From Beijerinckiaceae bacterium (GTDB lineage: Bacteria > Pseudomonadota > Alphaproteobacteria > Rhizobiales > Beijerinckiaceae): a stretch of DNA of 64,000 bases. Shown here piece after piece: positions 10,699 to 20,918 of the stretch. Position numbers and translations under genes: made by a program. The notes under the pieces were generated by a model, which was not told the DNA's origin, ran no database searches, and was given only the letters and a program-made list of their open reading frames with translations. The DNA lies in the NCBI GenBank assembly GCA_965198495.1, contig CBDAPL010000002.1, forward strand, positions 467,642-531,641. Reading direction: 5' to 3'. The stretch's first letter is position 1, and each line of letters opens with the position of its first letter.

Positions 10699-10979
10699 GC
10701 TGATCTCCAGAGATGAAAGGCAATATGTTCGCTATTTACGAAGGACATCGCGTTGATTTCATCGCAAACCGAGGGATCAGCAACGTGCTTGAGCGTGGTT
10801 CGGAAGCCTTGTGACAAAGCTGCGCATGCCGTAACGAGCCTAATGGTTTACCTGCCACGGAACACCTTTATCTGGCTGCGATCGCGAGCCCTCAAGATGG
10901 CGCCGAGTGGTCGGGCGACACCCATAATCCGCGGCGGCGCACCCGCACTGAGTATCCGATCTTTATCGCTCCGGCAGCG

Positions 10980-12272
10980 ATGAACTTCGCCTGCATAAGT
11001 CTGCCATTTCCTGGTCACATCAATCCGATGGCCGCCTTAGCACGTGAACTCGTGCGTCGAGGGCATACGGCGACCTTCTTCCACTACCCGGATGTCGGAG
11101 CCGCGGTCCGGAAATTGGACGTCACGTTCGTACCCTTGCAAAGCGTGTCCTTTCCCGCTGAAAGCATGTCGCGAGCGATGCGCGACGCTGGAAACGGAAC
11201 CGTATGGAGTGGATATCGCCGTCTTATTGGACGGATGGCGAACGCTACGGCAATGCTTTGTGAGGAGTTGCCGCGAGCCATCGAGGGGCATTCGATCGAT
11301 ATGATCCTGAGCGATCAGCTCGAAGCGGCCGGCGGCCTTGTGGCCTACCACATGCACATTCCTCATATCTCCGTAGCGGCCGCGCTTCCCATCAACTGGG
11401 AAAGAGGCATCCCCGCTCCTTTCGTCGGTTGGAAATATGGGGAGAAATCATGGCATCGGCGGCGAAATAGCGCCAGCGCTTACGGCGTCAGGGTTACGTT
11501 GGCCCCAATATCGGACGTCATCGAAAAAGCCGCCAATCGATGGCAACTCACCCAAGGCAATCAAGTCGAAAACTACCTCTCAGGGTACGCACAAATCAGC
11601 CAGTTGACCCCCGGCCTCGATTTTCCGCGCCGGCAGCTGACGGAATGTTTCCATTATTGCGGGCCGCTTCGTGACCCGGGTAGCGCCTCGAGATCCGTGG
11701 CTGCGCCGGGACGCCAGAAGCGGGCCTTCGCTTCGCTCGGAACATTGCAGGGCCATCGCGCGCGGCTGTTCACTCAGATCGCGCGTGCTGCCGCCAAACG
11801 CGGGCTTCACCTGACGATCGCGCATGGGAATGGTCTCACGAACACCGACGCGGAGAGGCTGTCGCGCACCGCGGATGTCCATGCTTTCGTCGCACAGGAT
11901 CAAATCATGGCCGCAACGGACGTTGCCATTCTGCACGGAGGTCTCAACACAGTGCTGGACGCGCTGGCTCAAGGCGTCCCTATCGTCCTGATCCCTCTAG
12001 CGTTCGAGCAAGGCGCTATAGCAGCTAGGGTCGAGAGGTCCGGTGCTGGACGGATCTGTCGATCACGTCTCTTTCGCCAGCATAAGATTTCAGCTCTGAT
12101 CGCCGAAGTCCGCGATGACCCGGCCTACACGCAGGCCGCGGTGAAACTTCAGATGGAAATTCGCTCCGCTGGCGGCGTGATCAAGGCCGCCGACATCGTG
12201 GAGCACGTCTCGACTACGGGTCGCCCTTGCATCAACGACGCGATCGTCAAGAGCAATAATCAGCAAATATGA
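10980..12272 (+). CDS. GT1 UDP-glycosyltransferase, CrtX-like, paralog B
   Basis: 430 aa. Collinear with 8808-10085 through the same motifs (GHINPMAALARELVRRGH, ATAMLCEELP, PHISVAAALPIN, FASLGTLQGHR, HGGLNTVLDALAQGVPIV..PLAFEQG). Confidence 0.8.
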   Translation: MNFACISLPFPGHINPMAALARELVRRGHTATFFHYPDVGAAVRKLDVTFVPLQSVSFPAESMSRAMRDAGNGTVWSGYRRLIGRMANATAMLCEELPRAIEGHSIDMILSDQLEAAGGLVAYHMHIPHISVAAALPINWERGIPAPFVGWKYGEKSWHRRRNSASAYGVRVTLAPISDVIEKAANRWQLTQGNQVENYLSGYAQISQLTPGLDFPRRQLTECFHYCGPLRDPGSASRSVAAPGRQKRAFASLGTLQGHRARLFTQIARAAAKRGLHLTIAHGNGLTNTDAERLSRTADVHAFVAQDQIMAATDVAILHGGLNTVLDALAQGVPIVLIPLAFEQGAIAARVERSGAGRICRSRLFRQHKISALIAEVRDDPAYTQAAVKLQMEIRSAGGVIKAADIVEHVSTTGRPCINDAIVKSNNQQI

Positions 12273-12408
12273 TTGGAGAACCGCGATCACGCCGCGACAC
12301 CTCGTTCGAGACCGCTTGCGATGGCCATCGACGAGATCGGCGCGAGCTTATAATTTTTCGAGGATCGCCGACTTGCATGACAGACGTAAGTGAACACAAG
12401 CGTCCTTG

Positions 12409-13785
12409 ATGGAGAACTCAGCCTATGTTCCGCCGTTTCCGCCGCGCCCGCTCGTGGCAGCTAAAGGCTGGCGTCTGATCACGACCGCGCGCCGCAATAT
12501 GCTCGCGATTTGGCCAGACCACACCTACGAGAGCGGCTCGTTCTCCTACAAGGTGCTACGGCGTCGGGTGCATGTTGTTTCAACCCCCGACGTCGTCCGC
12601 GAGGTCTTCGTCGACAAAGCAGCCGTCGTCGAGCGGAAATCGCTTCAGCAGCGTCACGCCCTCGCACCGCTGGTAGGTGACGGCCTGATCATAAGCGACG
12701 GTGATGTCTGGCGTTCGCGGCGCCGTATCATCGCGCCGATCACCCATATCTCGAGGCTGCCCCAATTTGCGCCGGCGATGGTGTCGTGCGCCACCCGGCT
12801 CTCGCAGGCGTGGTCCGCCTTGCCCGAGGGCGCGGAAGTCGACGTTTTATCGGAGATGGCGCATCTCACCGCCGGGATCATCATCGAGGCCATCTTCGGA
12901 CCGACCGTCAACGTAGCGGCGGCCAAGCGCATCGTCGCGGCGTTCAGCGTCTATCAGTCGCTGATCAGCCAGGTCGATATCCTGTCCTTTCTCGGTCTTC
13001 CAGATGTCCTGCCGAGATTGCAGGGCGTGCGCGTACTAATGGCCGCGCGCCACATAAAACGTAATCTCGACGCGCTTATCGATGAGGTGCTTTCCTCTGA
13101 CTCGGAGGAGATATCGCTTCTGCGCCGCATGGCGGCGGCGACCGAGGACGGCAGGCCGGCGCTGGATCGAAACGCGTTCCGCAACGAGGCGGCCGTCATG
13201 TTCCTCGCCGGGCATGAGACGACAGCCAACACACTTGCTTGGGCGTTCTTCATTCTATCGCAGGACGCCAGCAGCGAAGCGCGGCTGCATGCCGAGATCG
13301 ATGCCGTGCTTGGCGAGAATCCCGCTCGCTTCGAGGATCTCGAGCGCCTGCCGTTCACCCGCGCGGTAATTCAGGAGACGCTTCGCCTCTATCCTCCCGT
13401 GCCGATCCAGGCTCGCACGGCGGCAATGGACTTCGCCATCGGGCAGACTCCCGTCAAAGCGGGCGATCTCATCATGTTGAACGCATGGCTTCTTCACCGC
13501 AATCGAAACGTCTGGAGCGATCCCGACGCCTTTTCGCCCGATCGCTTCATGCCAGGCGGATCGGGCGCACCGTCGCGCTACGCCTATGTGCCTTTCAGCA
13601 TCGGGCCGCGCACCTGCACGGGCGCCGCCTTCGGCCAGACGGAGGCAATTTTGTGCCTCGCGACGCTCGCGCGACGGTTTCGCCCACGGCTTCGGCAAGG
13701 ATGGACAGTCGATGCCACCTGTCGGCTCAGCCTACGACCCGGCGAGAAGCTCCCGATGTCGCTGGAGCGAAGATCCGGAGCTTAA
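12409..13785 (+). CDS. cytochrome P450
   Basis: Heme-binding loop FSIGPRTCTGAAFG, ExxR (ETLRLYPP) and I-helix AGHETTAN. ATG at 12409, with a TTG one codon upstream. Confidence 0.9.
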   Translation: MENSAYVPPFPPRPLVAAKGWRLITTARRNMLAIWPDHTYESGSFSYKVLRRRVHVVSTPDVVREVFVDKAAVVERKSLQQRHALAPLVGDGLIISDGDVWRSRRRIIAPITHISRLPQFAPAMVSCATRLSQAWSALPEGAEVDVLSEMAHLTAGIIIEAIFGPTVNVAAAKRIVAAFSVYQSLISQVDILSFLGLPDVLPRLQGVRVLMAARHIKRNLDALIDEVLSSDSEEISLLRRMAAATEDGRPALDRNAFRNEAAVMFLAGHETTANTLAWAFFILSQDASSEARLHAEIDAVLGENPARFEDLERLPFTRAVIQETLRLYPPVPIQARTAAMDFAIGQTPVKAGDLIMLNAWLLHRNRNVWSDPDAFSPDRFMPGGSGAPSRYAYVPFSIGPRTCTGAAFGQTEAILCLATLARRFRPRLRQGWTVDATCRLSLRPGEKLPMSLERRSGA

Positions 13786-13940
13786 GCATCAAGTTGCGGT
13801 TCCGCACTTCGCCCGTGACGCGGGCCAGAGAGGCCAGCGCGACGTATGCCAGCCGCCGACGCGTACTCCGTTGCGACGGGCCCTCCGACATGTCCAGTGA
13901 GGCCACGCTCGATGTGACGTGATCCTATGCCGCCGCTAGT

Positions 13941-15494
13941 TCAGCCACGATCGCCGTGAACGGAGCGAGCGCTCGCCACGTGCTCCTTGGAAGTGGCGCC
14001 GGCGGCGTCTACTTCGCGCAAGGTTACGCCGTAGCCCCAAAGATCGGCCAGGTGCTGCAGCACCTCTTTCGTCGCACGCTCGTCGAGCGGCATGCCGTTG
14101 AGCATCGTGTGCTGGAGCATGAGGCGACGGTCCCCCGCCAGGTCGACATCGACGACCTGAATGTCGGCGTCCAGCGTCGCGATATCGTACTGACGCGAAA
14201 GCGCGCGTCGGATCTGCCGGTAGCCGCGCTCGTCGTGTATCGATTGCACCTTCAGGTCCGTGGCGGTTTGGCCCTCGTCGCGGATTTGAAACAGGCGCCA
14301 GCGCCGCATTAGGTGAGGGCTTAAAAACTGCGAGACGAAACTCTCGTCGCGGTAATTGGCCCAAACATGCCTAAGGACGCCGATCGGATCGCCTACGCCG
14401 GCGAGATCGGGAAACCACTCGCGATCCTCCTGCTGCGGTTCGATCACGATGCGCTCGATGTCCTGCATCATGGCGAAACCGAGGGCATAGGGATTGAAGC
14501 CGTTGTAGCGCGGATCGTCGAAATTCGGCTGCGTCACGACATTCGTGTGAGACGTCAGGAACTCGAGGAATGAACCGTCGCTGATCTGACCCGTCTCGTG
14601 GAGACGGGTCATGATCGCGTAATGGCAATAGGTGGCACAGCCCTCGTTCATCAACTTGGTCTGGCCCTGAGGATAGAAGTATTGCGAGATCAGCCGGACA
14701 ATGCGGATGATCTCGCGCTGCCAAGGCCGCAATCGCGGCGCCGTCTTCTCGAGGAAATAAAGTATGTTTTCCTGCGGCAGCTCCAAGAGGGCGCGGCGCT
14801 TGGCATCATGGTCGGCACCGAGCTTGGCTTTCTCCTTGCCCGGAACGGTGCGCCACAAATCGTTGAACATGGCCTCGCCATGCTGGCGCCGTTCGCGCTC
14901 GCGCCGCTCTTCCGACATGAGGTCAGGTTTGCGCTTGCGCGGATACCGATGGACGCCATGGCTCATCAGGCTGTGGGCCGCATCAAGCAACCGTTCCACC
15001 GCCGCTTGGCCGTAACGCTCCTCGCAACTGGCGATGTAACCTTTGGCGAAGTCCAGGTACTGGAGGATGCCGTCGGCATCGGTCCACTGCTTGAAAAGGT
15101 AGTTGTTCTTGAAAAAATGATTGTGACCGAACGCGGCGTGCGCGATCACCAGGGTCTGCATCGTGGCGGTGTTTTCCTCCATAATGTAGCTGATGCACGG
15201 ATTCGAGTTGATGACGATCTCATAGGCGAGTCCGCGCATGCCCTTGCGATAGTGCGTTTCGTGGGTTGCGAACGACTTTCCGAACGACCAGTGATTGTAG
15301 TAGAGCGGCATGCCAACAGACGAATACGCGTCCAGCATCTGCTCGGCCGTAATAACCTCTATCTGATTGGGATAAGTATCGAGCCCAAGCTCGCTGTGCG
15401 CGACCGCTTCGCACGAATCATGGATCCGCTGAATGAGCTGGTGATCCCAGTCGGCGCCGGTGAACAGCAGATCGTGTCCCCTCGTCGCGGTCAT
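13941..15494 (-). CDS. spoVR: SpoVR family protein
   Basis: SpoVR-like sequence downstream of yeaH. I prefer the ATG at 15494, which gives an ATGA overlap with the yeaH stop, over the longer ORF start at 15656. Confidence 0.85.
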   Translation of the reverse strand: MTATRGHDLLFTGADWDHQLIQRIHDSCEAVAHSELGLDTYPNQIEVITAEQMLDAYSSVGMPLYYNHWSFGKSFATHETHYRKGMRGLAYEIVINSNPCISYIMEENTATMQTLVIAHAAFGHNHFFKNNYLFKQWTDADGILQYLDFAKGYIASCEERYGQAAVERLLDAAHSLMSHGVHRYPRKRKPDLMSEERRERERRQHGEAMFNDLWRTVPGKEKAKLGADHDAKRRALLELPQENILYFLEKTAPRLRPWQREIIRIVRLISQYFYPQGQTKLMNEGCATYCHYAIMTRLHETGQISDGSFLEFLTSHTNVVTQPNFDDPRYNGFNPYALGFAMMQDIERIVIEPQQEDREWFPDLAGVGDPIGVLRHVWANYRDESFVSQFLSPHLMRRWRLFQIRDEGQTATDLKVQSIHDERGYRQIRRALSRQYDIATLDADIQVVDVDLAGDRRLMLQHTMLNGMPLDERATKEVLQHLADLWGYGVTLREVDAAGATSKEHVASARSVHGDRG

Positions 15495-16834
15495 GCAGAT
15501 CCTTGCTTGGCACCGGAAGTCGTGCTTGACCCAGTCGCGCCCTGTGTCTTTCGCTCGAAGAGTTCGCGAAATACCGGGTAGATTTCGTTGCGGTGCGTGA
15601 CCCTGCGCATCGCGAAGTCGGCGCCACGCTCGCGTACCATCTCGTACGTCCGCCACAGATCTGTGCCGCGCTGGACGAAGCCGGCCGAGGCGCGATCGTT
15701 CTCAGGGCCGACTTCCAGGTAGGCGAAATACTGGCAAAGCGGGAGAATACCTTCCTTTAGTAGAACCGCCGTCTTCTCACCATCACGCGAACTGTTGTCG
15801 CCGTCGGATGCCTGTGCCGCATAAATGTTCCAATCCTCGCGCGGATAGCGTTGGCCGGCGATGCGGATCATCTCCTCAAGCGCGCTGGAGACGAGCGTGC
15901 CACCGGTTTCGGGCGAGTGGAAGAAGGTGTCTTCGTCGACCTCCTCCGCTTCGTGGGTGTGGCGAATGAAGACGATATCGACATGACGGTAACGCCGCTT
16001 GAGGAAGATGTAGAGCAGCGCGAAGAATCGTTTAGCAACGTCCTTCATGTGCTCGGACATCGAGGCGGACGTATCCATCAAGCAGAACATGACAGCCTGC
16101 GCGACCGGCTTTGGTACAGGCTGGAAACGGCGGAAGCGGATGTCGAGCGGATCAATGAAGGGCACCCGCTTGCCGCGCCTGACCAGCAAATCCCGCTTGG
16201 CTTTCAGCTCGACGAGTTCGTCCTCGTGTGCCGCCTGTCGTTCCAACGCTAGGATTTCGATCTCGAGAGCGGCGATCTCCTCGGCCGTGGGACGCCGCAG
16301 CGCGATACGCCGCGACATGCTGTTGCGCATCGTCCGCGTCAGCGAGAGATTTGCCGGTGACCCAGAGGTCGAATAGCCGGCGCGTTGCATGCTGAAGTTC
16401 TCCGTCTTTGCAAGGCTCGTCTTCGCCAAGTCCGGAAGTTCGAGGTCTTCAAAGAAGAGATCGAGGTACTCGTCCTGGGAAAGCGCGAAGCGGAAATCAT
16501 CTTCGCTTTGCCCATCCGCGCCGCCGTCGCCATTGCCACCGCCAGCGCCGCCCCCCGACTTGTCCTTGGGTATCTTATCGCCCTGAAGGTACTTCTTATT
16601 GCCCGGCAGAAGGCCTTCGCGCGTGCCGCCCGACGAAGCGCGGTGTAGCCGCGGCTCGCTGAGACCATCCATCGGGATCGTCACCTCGCCGCCCTGATCG
16701 AAATCGCGCAGATTGCGCCCGCCTGAGTTCGTGCGCACCGCCTGCTTCACCAGCGCCTTCGCACGACGAAGGAAACGCTGTCGGTTCGCCAAGCTCTTGC
16801 CGCTCGAGTTCAGACGCCGATCAATGAGGTTCAT
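15491..16834 (-). CDS. yeaH: YeaH/YhbH family protein (DUF444, vWA-like)
   Basis: 447 aa in the classical position between prkA and spoVR. Gly-rich acidic centre. Confidence 0.85.
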   Translation of the reverse strand: MNLIDRRLNSSGKSLANRQRFLRRAKALVKQAVRTNSGGRNLRDFDQGGEVTIPMDGLSEPRLHRASSGGTREGLLPGNKKYLQGDKIPKDKSGGGAGGGNGDGGADGQSEDDFRFALSQDEYLDLFFEDLELPDLAKTSLAKTENFSMQRAGYSTSGSPANLSLTRTMRNSMSRRIALRRPTAEEIAALEIEILALERQAAHEDELVELKAKRDLLVRRGKRVPFIDPLDIRFRRFQPVPKPVAQAVMFCLMDTSASMSEHMKDVAKRFFALLYIFLKRRYRHVDIVFIRHTHEAEEVDEDTFFHSPETGGTLVSSALEEMIRIAGQRYPREDWNIYAAQASDGDNSSRDGEKTAVLLKEGILPLCQYFAYLEVGPENDRASAGFVQRGTDLWRTYEMVRERGADFAMRRVTHRNEIYPVFRELFERKTQGATGSSTTSGAKQGSA

Positions 16835-16853
16835 GGCTTCACGCTGATGAGGA

Positions 16854-18791
16854 TCATCCCGATTTTTTCGCCCTCATATACCATTCGACAAGCCGCCTGA
16901 CCTGTCGCTCGGTATAACCTCGCGACATCATCCGTTCGACGAACTCCGTATGCTTCTTCTCCGTCTCGCTATCGCGTTTGGAGGTAAAGCTTATCACCGG
17001 CAGCAGGTCTTCGACCTGGCTAAACATGCGCCGCTCGATAACCTCACGGACTTTCTCGTAGCTTGTCCAGGCCGGGTTCTTGCCGGCGTTCTGGGCGCGC
17101 GCGCGCAGGGAGAACTTGACCACCTCGTTGCGGAAGTCCTTCGGGTTGGCGATGCCAGCCGGCTTCTCTATCTTGGTAAGTTCCTGGTTTAGAAGCTCGC
17201 GATTGAGCAACTGCCCGGTGTCTGGATCCTTGAAGTCCTGATCCTCAATCCAGGCGTCGGCGTAATCGACGTAACGATCGAACATGTTCTGTCCGTAATC
17301 TTGGTAGGACTCCAGATACGCTTTCTGGACCTCGTGGCCGATGAACTCGGCGTAGCGCGGTGCGAGTTCGGCCTTGATAAATTCAAGATACCGCTTCTCG
17401 ACATCCGCGCCCATCTGCTCGCGCTTGATTGATTGTTCCAGCACGTACATCAGGTGGACCGGATCGGCGACGACTTCCAGCGTGTCGTGGTTGAACGTCG
17501 CCGCCAGCACCTTGAAGGCGAAACGCGTGGAAACGCCGTCCATGCCCTCGTCGACGCCGGCGGCGTCCTTGTACTCCTGCATGGAACGGGCGCGCGGATC
17601 GACCTCACGCAGGCTTTCACCGTCGTAGACCCGCATCTTCGCGAAAAGATTGGAGTTCTCGTGTTCGCGCAGGCGCGAAAGCACCGAAAAGCGCGAAAGC
17701 ATCTCGAGGGTGCCGGGGGCGCATGGCGCGCCCGACAGCTCCGACGAACTGATCAGCTTGCCGTAGATGAATTCCTCCTCCGTCGCGCGGAGGCAATAGG
17801 GCACCTTGATCACGTAGATGCGGTCGATGAAGGCTTCGTTGTTCTTGTTCGAGCGGAAGGCCTGCCATTCCGATTCATTGGAGTGGGCCAGGATGATGCC
17901 GGTGAAAGGAATCGCTCCGATGTTCTCGGTGCCGACGTAATTGCCTTCCTGCGTAGCGGTGAGCAGCGGGTGCAGCATCTTGATCGGTGCCTTGAACATC
18001 TCGACGAACTCGAGCATGCCCTGGTTCGCGCGGTTGAGGCCGCCCGAATAGCTGTAGGCGTCGGGATCGTTCTGGGAGAGAGTCTCCAGCCTGCGGATGT
18101 CGACCTTGCCGACAAGGGAGGAGATGTCCTGGTTGTTCTCGTCGCCGGGCTCTGTCTTTGAAACGCCAATCTGCCGCAGTCGCGACGGGTTGAGCTTGAC
18201 CACCGTGAACTTGCTCGGATCGCCATGAAACTCGTCAAGCCGCTTGATGGCCCACGGGCTCATCAGCCCGGTCAAGCGCCGTCTTGGGATATTGTAGCGC
18301 TCTTCCAGCTGAGCGCCCATTTGCTCGGGATCGAACAGTCCAAGCGGACTTTCGAAAACAGGGCTGATCTCCTCGCCGGCTTTCAGCGCGTAAATGGGAA
18401 AGCGCTCCATCAGCGCCTTCAGCCGCTCGGCAAGCGAGGATTTGCCGCCACCCACAGGGCCGAGCAGGTAGAGAATCTGCTTACGCTCTTCCAGTCCTTG
18501 CGCGGCGTGGCGGAAGAAGCTGACGATCCGCTCGACAGTCTCCTCCATGCCGTAGAAATCGGAGAAGGCGGGATAAGTCCTGATCGTGCGATTCATGAAG
18601 ATGCGGCCGAAGCGGGCATCCTTCGCGGTGTCGACCATGGTCGGCTCGCCGATCGCCGCCAGAATGCGCTCCGGCGCTCCAGCATACATCATGGGATCGG
18701 TGCGGCAGCCCGTCAGATATTGGGTAAGCGACATCTCGGTCGCTCGGCGAGAATCGTAGGTTCGCGTGAACGCGTCGAAGAGATCATCCAT
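16854..18791 (-). CDS. prkA: PrkA family serine protein kinase (AAA+/kinase fusion)
   Basis: Walker A LLGPVGGGKSSL and PrkA-typical length. Start chosen at MDDLFDAF (ATG at 18791, 645 aa) rather than the ORF maximum at 19001. Confidence 0.9.
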   Translation of the reverse strand: MDDLFDAFTRTYDSRRATEMSLTQYLTGCRTDPMMYAGAPERILAAIGEPTMVDTAKDARFGRIFMNRTIRTYPAFSDFYGMEETVERIVSFFRHAAQGLEERKQILYLLGPVGGGKSSLAERLKALMERFPIYALKAGEEISPVFESPLGLFDPEQMGAQLEERYNIPRRRLTGLMSPWAIKRLDEFHGDPSKFTVVKLNPSRLRQIGVSKTEPGDENNQDISSLVGKVDIRRLETLSQNDPDAYSYSGGLNRANQGMLEFVEMFKAPIKMLHPLLTATQEGNYVGTENIGAIPFTGIILAHSNESEWQAFRSNKNNEAFIDRIYVIKVPYCLRATEEEFIYGKLISSSELSGAPCAPGTLEMLSRFSVLSRLREHENSNLFAKMRVYDGESLREVDPRARSMQEYKDAAGVDEGMDGVSTRFAFKVLAATFNHDTLEVVADPVHLMYVLEQSIKREQMGADVEKRYLEFIKAELAPRYAEFIGHEVQKAYLESYQDYGQNMFDRYVDYADAWIEDQDFKDPDTGQLLNRELLNQELTKIEKPAGIANPKDFRNEVVKFSLRARAQNAGKNPAWTSYEKVREVIERRMFSQVEDLLPVISFTSKRDSETEKKHTEFVERMMSRGYTERQVRRLVEWYMRAKKSG

Positions 18792-19252
18792 GTGGCGACC
18801 GGGTCCTTCCGTCAGATCGAAACGCAACGATAGGTCTTTGGGCTTGGCAGTACCTCGAGTTCGATTCCGCGATTCTTGCAGGGTCTGTGCCTTGATGATG
18901 GTCGCATGTTTAATCGGCGCAAGCGCGATCTCGTGCGTCTCTTTAGCATTTGGCGCGACTGCACCATCTGAGTGACACTCTTGGCACTGGCCCCCCGGCA
19001 CGTTTCGTCTCTGGGCTTAGCATTGCTGCCGCGCCTCAGACTGGACGATGCTGACGGAGCCTTCGCGTGAGAGCTTTGGCCCCTGCCGCAACGGCCACGT
19101 TCCGCGTTTGGCGAAAGCCGTGCGAGACGGAGTGAGACGCGACTCGATTGTCTTGCCCAGACAACCACCGCTAAAGCCTATCTTAAGTTATAAGATCGTA
19201 GCAACCGCCAGGTGAACCTCAGGTGAGCGGCGACGGGCTGCCGCATTGCTTT

Positions 19253-19294
19253 GCTGAACGCGAAAGTATCTCGGCTGAACGCGAAAGTATCTCG
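19253..19294. repeat. perfect 21-bp tandem duplication (gctgaacgcgaaagtatctcg x2)
   Basis: Read directly: 19253-19273 equals 19274-19294. Ends 3 nt before the ATG at 19298. Confidence 0.95.
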
Positions 19295-19297
19295 ACG

Positions 19298-20251
19298 ATG
19301 AGGATCGCGATCGTTGGCGCCGGCATTGCGGGCTTGGCGTGCGCGGGCGCTCTGGACGCTGGATCAGACGAGATTATCCTTTTCGACAAGGGCGCGCGGC
19401 CCGGCGGCCGTCTTTCGACGAGCGTGCTTTCGACCTCGGCTGGCGACGCCAGCTTCGATTATGGCACGCGCTCTTTCTCCGCTTGGGATCCCACGTTCCG
19501 CGAGAGGATCGCGCGATGGCTGCTCGACGGCGTGGTCGCTCGTTGGCCTGCGGCCGAAGACGGGGCCTGGGTCGGCGTGCCCGGCATGAGCGCACCGATC
19601 GCCGACATGGCCCGGACCCTCACCGTACGCTGGGCAACGAGAGTCGACGCTTTCGTTCGGTGCGACGGGCGCTGGCGCCTGACCGGCGAAGGCTTGCTCG
19701 ACGAGGTCTTCGACCGGGTCGCCGCGGCGGTTCCGGCCGAACAGGTCGGCGCCCTGGTCAAACCGTTCGACGCGGCGCTGGCGAAGAGGGCCGAGACAAC
19801 ACGATCTCAGCCCTGCTGGTCGTTGATGGCGGCTTTCGCCGCGAGACTGCCCATCGCGGCCGACATCATCGAGAGTCAAGGGAGCATCGGCTCGGCTGTG
19901 CGAAACTCTTCCAAGCCGGGCCGGTCGGGTCCCGAAGCCTGGGTGATCCAGGCTTCGGCCGAATGGTCGAACCGCTATATCGAGGCGGATGCCGGCGCGG
20001 TCTCGACGGCCCTGCTGGCCGAGTTCGCGCGTCTCACGCGCACGCCTCTTCCAGTTCCGCTCCTGACACGCGCGCACCGCTGGCGCTACGCCACGTCGGG
20101 TTCCTCCGGCGAAGGCTTCCTGTGGAACGAGTCGATCGGCCTTGGCGTGTGCGGCGACTGGCTGCTCGGGCCCAATGTCGAGGGCGCCTGGCTTTCCGGA
20201 ACCGCGCTCGGTCGAGAGATGCGCCTGCGGCGGGTCGAGCGCTCAGCGTGA
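19298..20251 (+). CDS. NAD(P)/FAD-dependent oxidoreductase (renalase-like)
   Basis: N-terminal dinucleotide fold MRIAIVGAGIAGLACAGAL..FDKGARPGGR. An alternative upstream GTG at 19223 would place the tandem repeat in frame (AERESIS x2). Confidence 0.75.
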   Translation: MRIAIVGAGIAGLACAGALDAGSDEIILFDKGARPGGRLSTSVLSTSAGDASFDYGTRSFSAWDPTFRERIARWLLDGVVARWPAAEDGAWVGVPGMSAPIADMARTLTVRWATRVDAFVRCDGRWRLTGEGLLDEVFDRVAAAVPAEQVGALVKPFDAALAKRAETTRSQPCWSLMAAFAARLPIAADIIESQGSIGSAVRNSSKPGRSGPEAWVIQASAEWSNRYIEADAGAVSTALLAEFARLTRTPLPVPLLTRAHRWRYATSGSSGEGFLWNESIGLGVCGDWLLGPNVEGAWLSGTALGREMRLRRVERSA

Positions 20252-20258
20252 GCGCCGC

Positions 20259-20918
20259 TCAGGCCGCCTTCGGCTGAAGCCCCGCGGCGACCGTGTAGGT
20301 CGCCCGCGTCTTGCTCCGGATCTCGTCGAGCGAGACGCCGTCGGCCAACTCCACCAGCACCATGTGACCCTCGACCTTGTCGATCTCGAAGACGCCGAGA
20401 TCAGAGATCACCATGTCGATCACGCCGGAGCCGGTCAGCGGCAGGGTGCAGCGATGCAACAGCTTCGGCTCGCCTTTGGCGGTATGCTCCATAACGACGA
20501 CGACGCGTTTGACGCCGGCGACCAGGTCCATCGCGCCGCCCATGCCTTTGACCATCTTGCCGGGGATCATCCAGTTGGCGAGGTCGCCGTTCTCCGCAAC
20601 CTCCATCGCGCCGAGGATGGCGAGGTCGATGTGGCCGCCGCGGATCATCGCGAAGCTGTCGGCCGAGGAGAAGAAGCTCGTCGAGGGCAGTTCCGTCACC
20701 GTCTGCTTACCGGCGTTGATGAGATCGGGATCCTCCTCGCCCTCGTAAGGGAATGGCCCCATGCCGAGCATGCCGTTCTCGCTCTGCAGCTGCACGTCCA
20801 TGCCGTCCGGAATAAAGTTCGAGACCAGCGTCGGAATGCCGATGCCGAGGTTCACGTAGAAGCCGTCTCTGAGTTCCTTGGCGGCGCGCGCCGCCATCTG
20901 ATCGCGAGTCCAGGGCAT
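20259..20918 (-). CDS. scoB: 3-oxoacid CoA-transferase subunit B
   Basis: Catalytic SENG motif ([12 protein letters not shown]). Start chosen at [16 protein letters not shown] (ATG at 20918). Confidence 0.9.
   Translation of the reverse strand: MPWTRDQMAARAAKELRDGFYVNLGIGIPTLVSNFIPDGMDVQLQSENGMLGMGPFPYEGEEDPDLINAGKQTVTELPSTSFFSSADSFAMIRGGHIDLAILGAMEVAENGDLANWMIPGKMVKGMGGAMDLVAGVKRVVVVMEHTAKGEPKLLHRCTLPLTGSGVIDMVISDLGVFEIDKVEGHMVLVELADGVSLDEIRSKTRATYTVAAGLQPKAA

Noticed and set aside
15491-15656. A long SpoVR ORF start at 15656, overlapping yeaH by 166 nt. Similar over-long N-terminal extensions occur for prkA (to 19001), scoB (to 21065), TonB-like 1 (to 24162) and the recombinase (to 59870).
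   Set aside because: Internal starts give canonical protein N-termini and 4-nt stop/start overlaps. The extensions are Arg-rich and non-homologous-looking.
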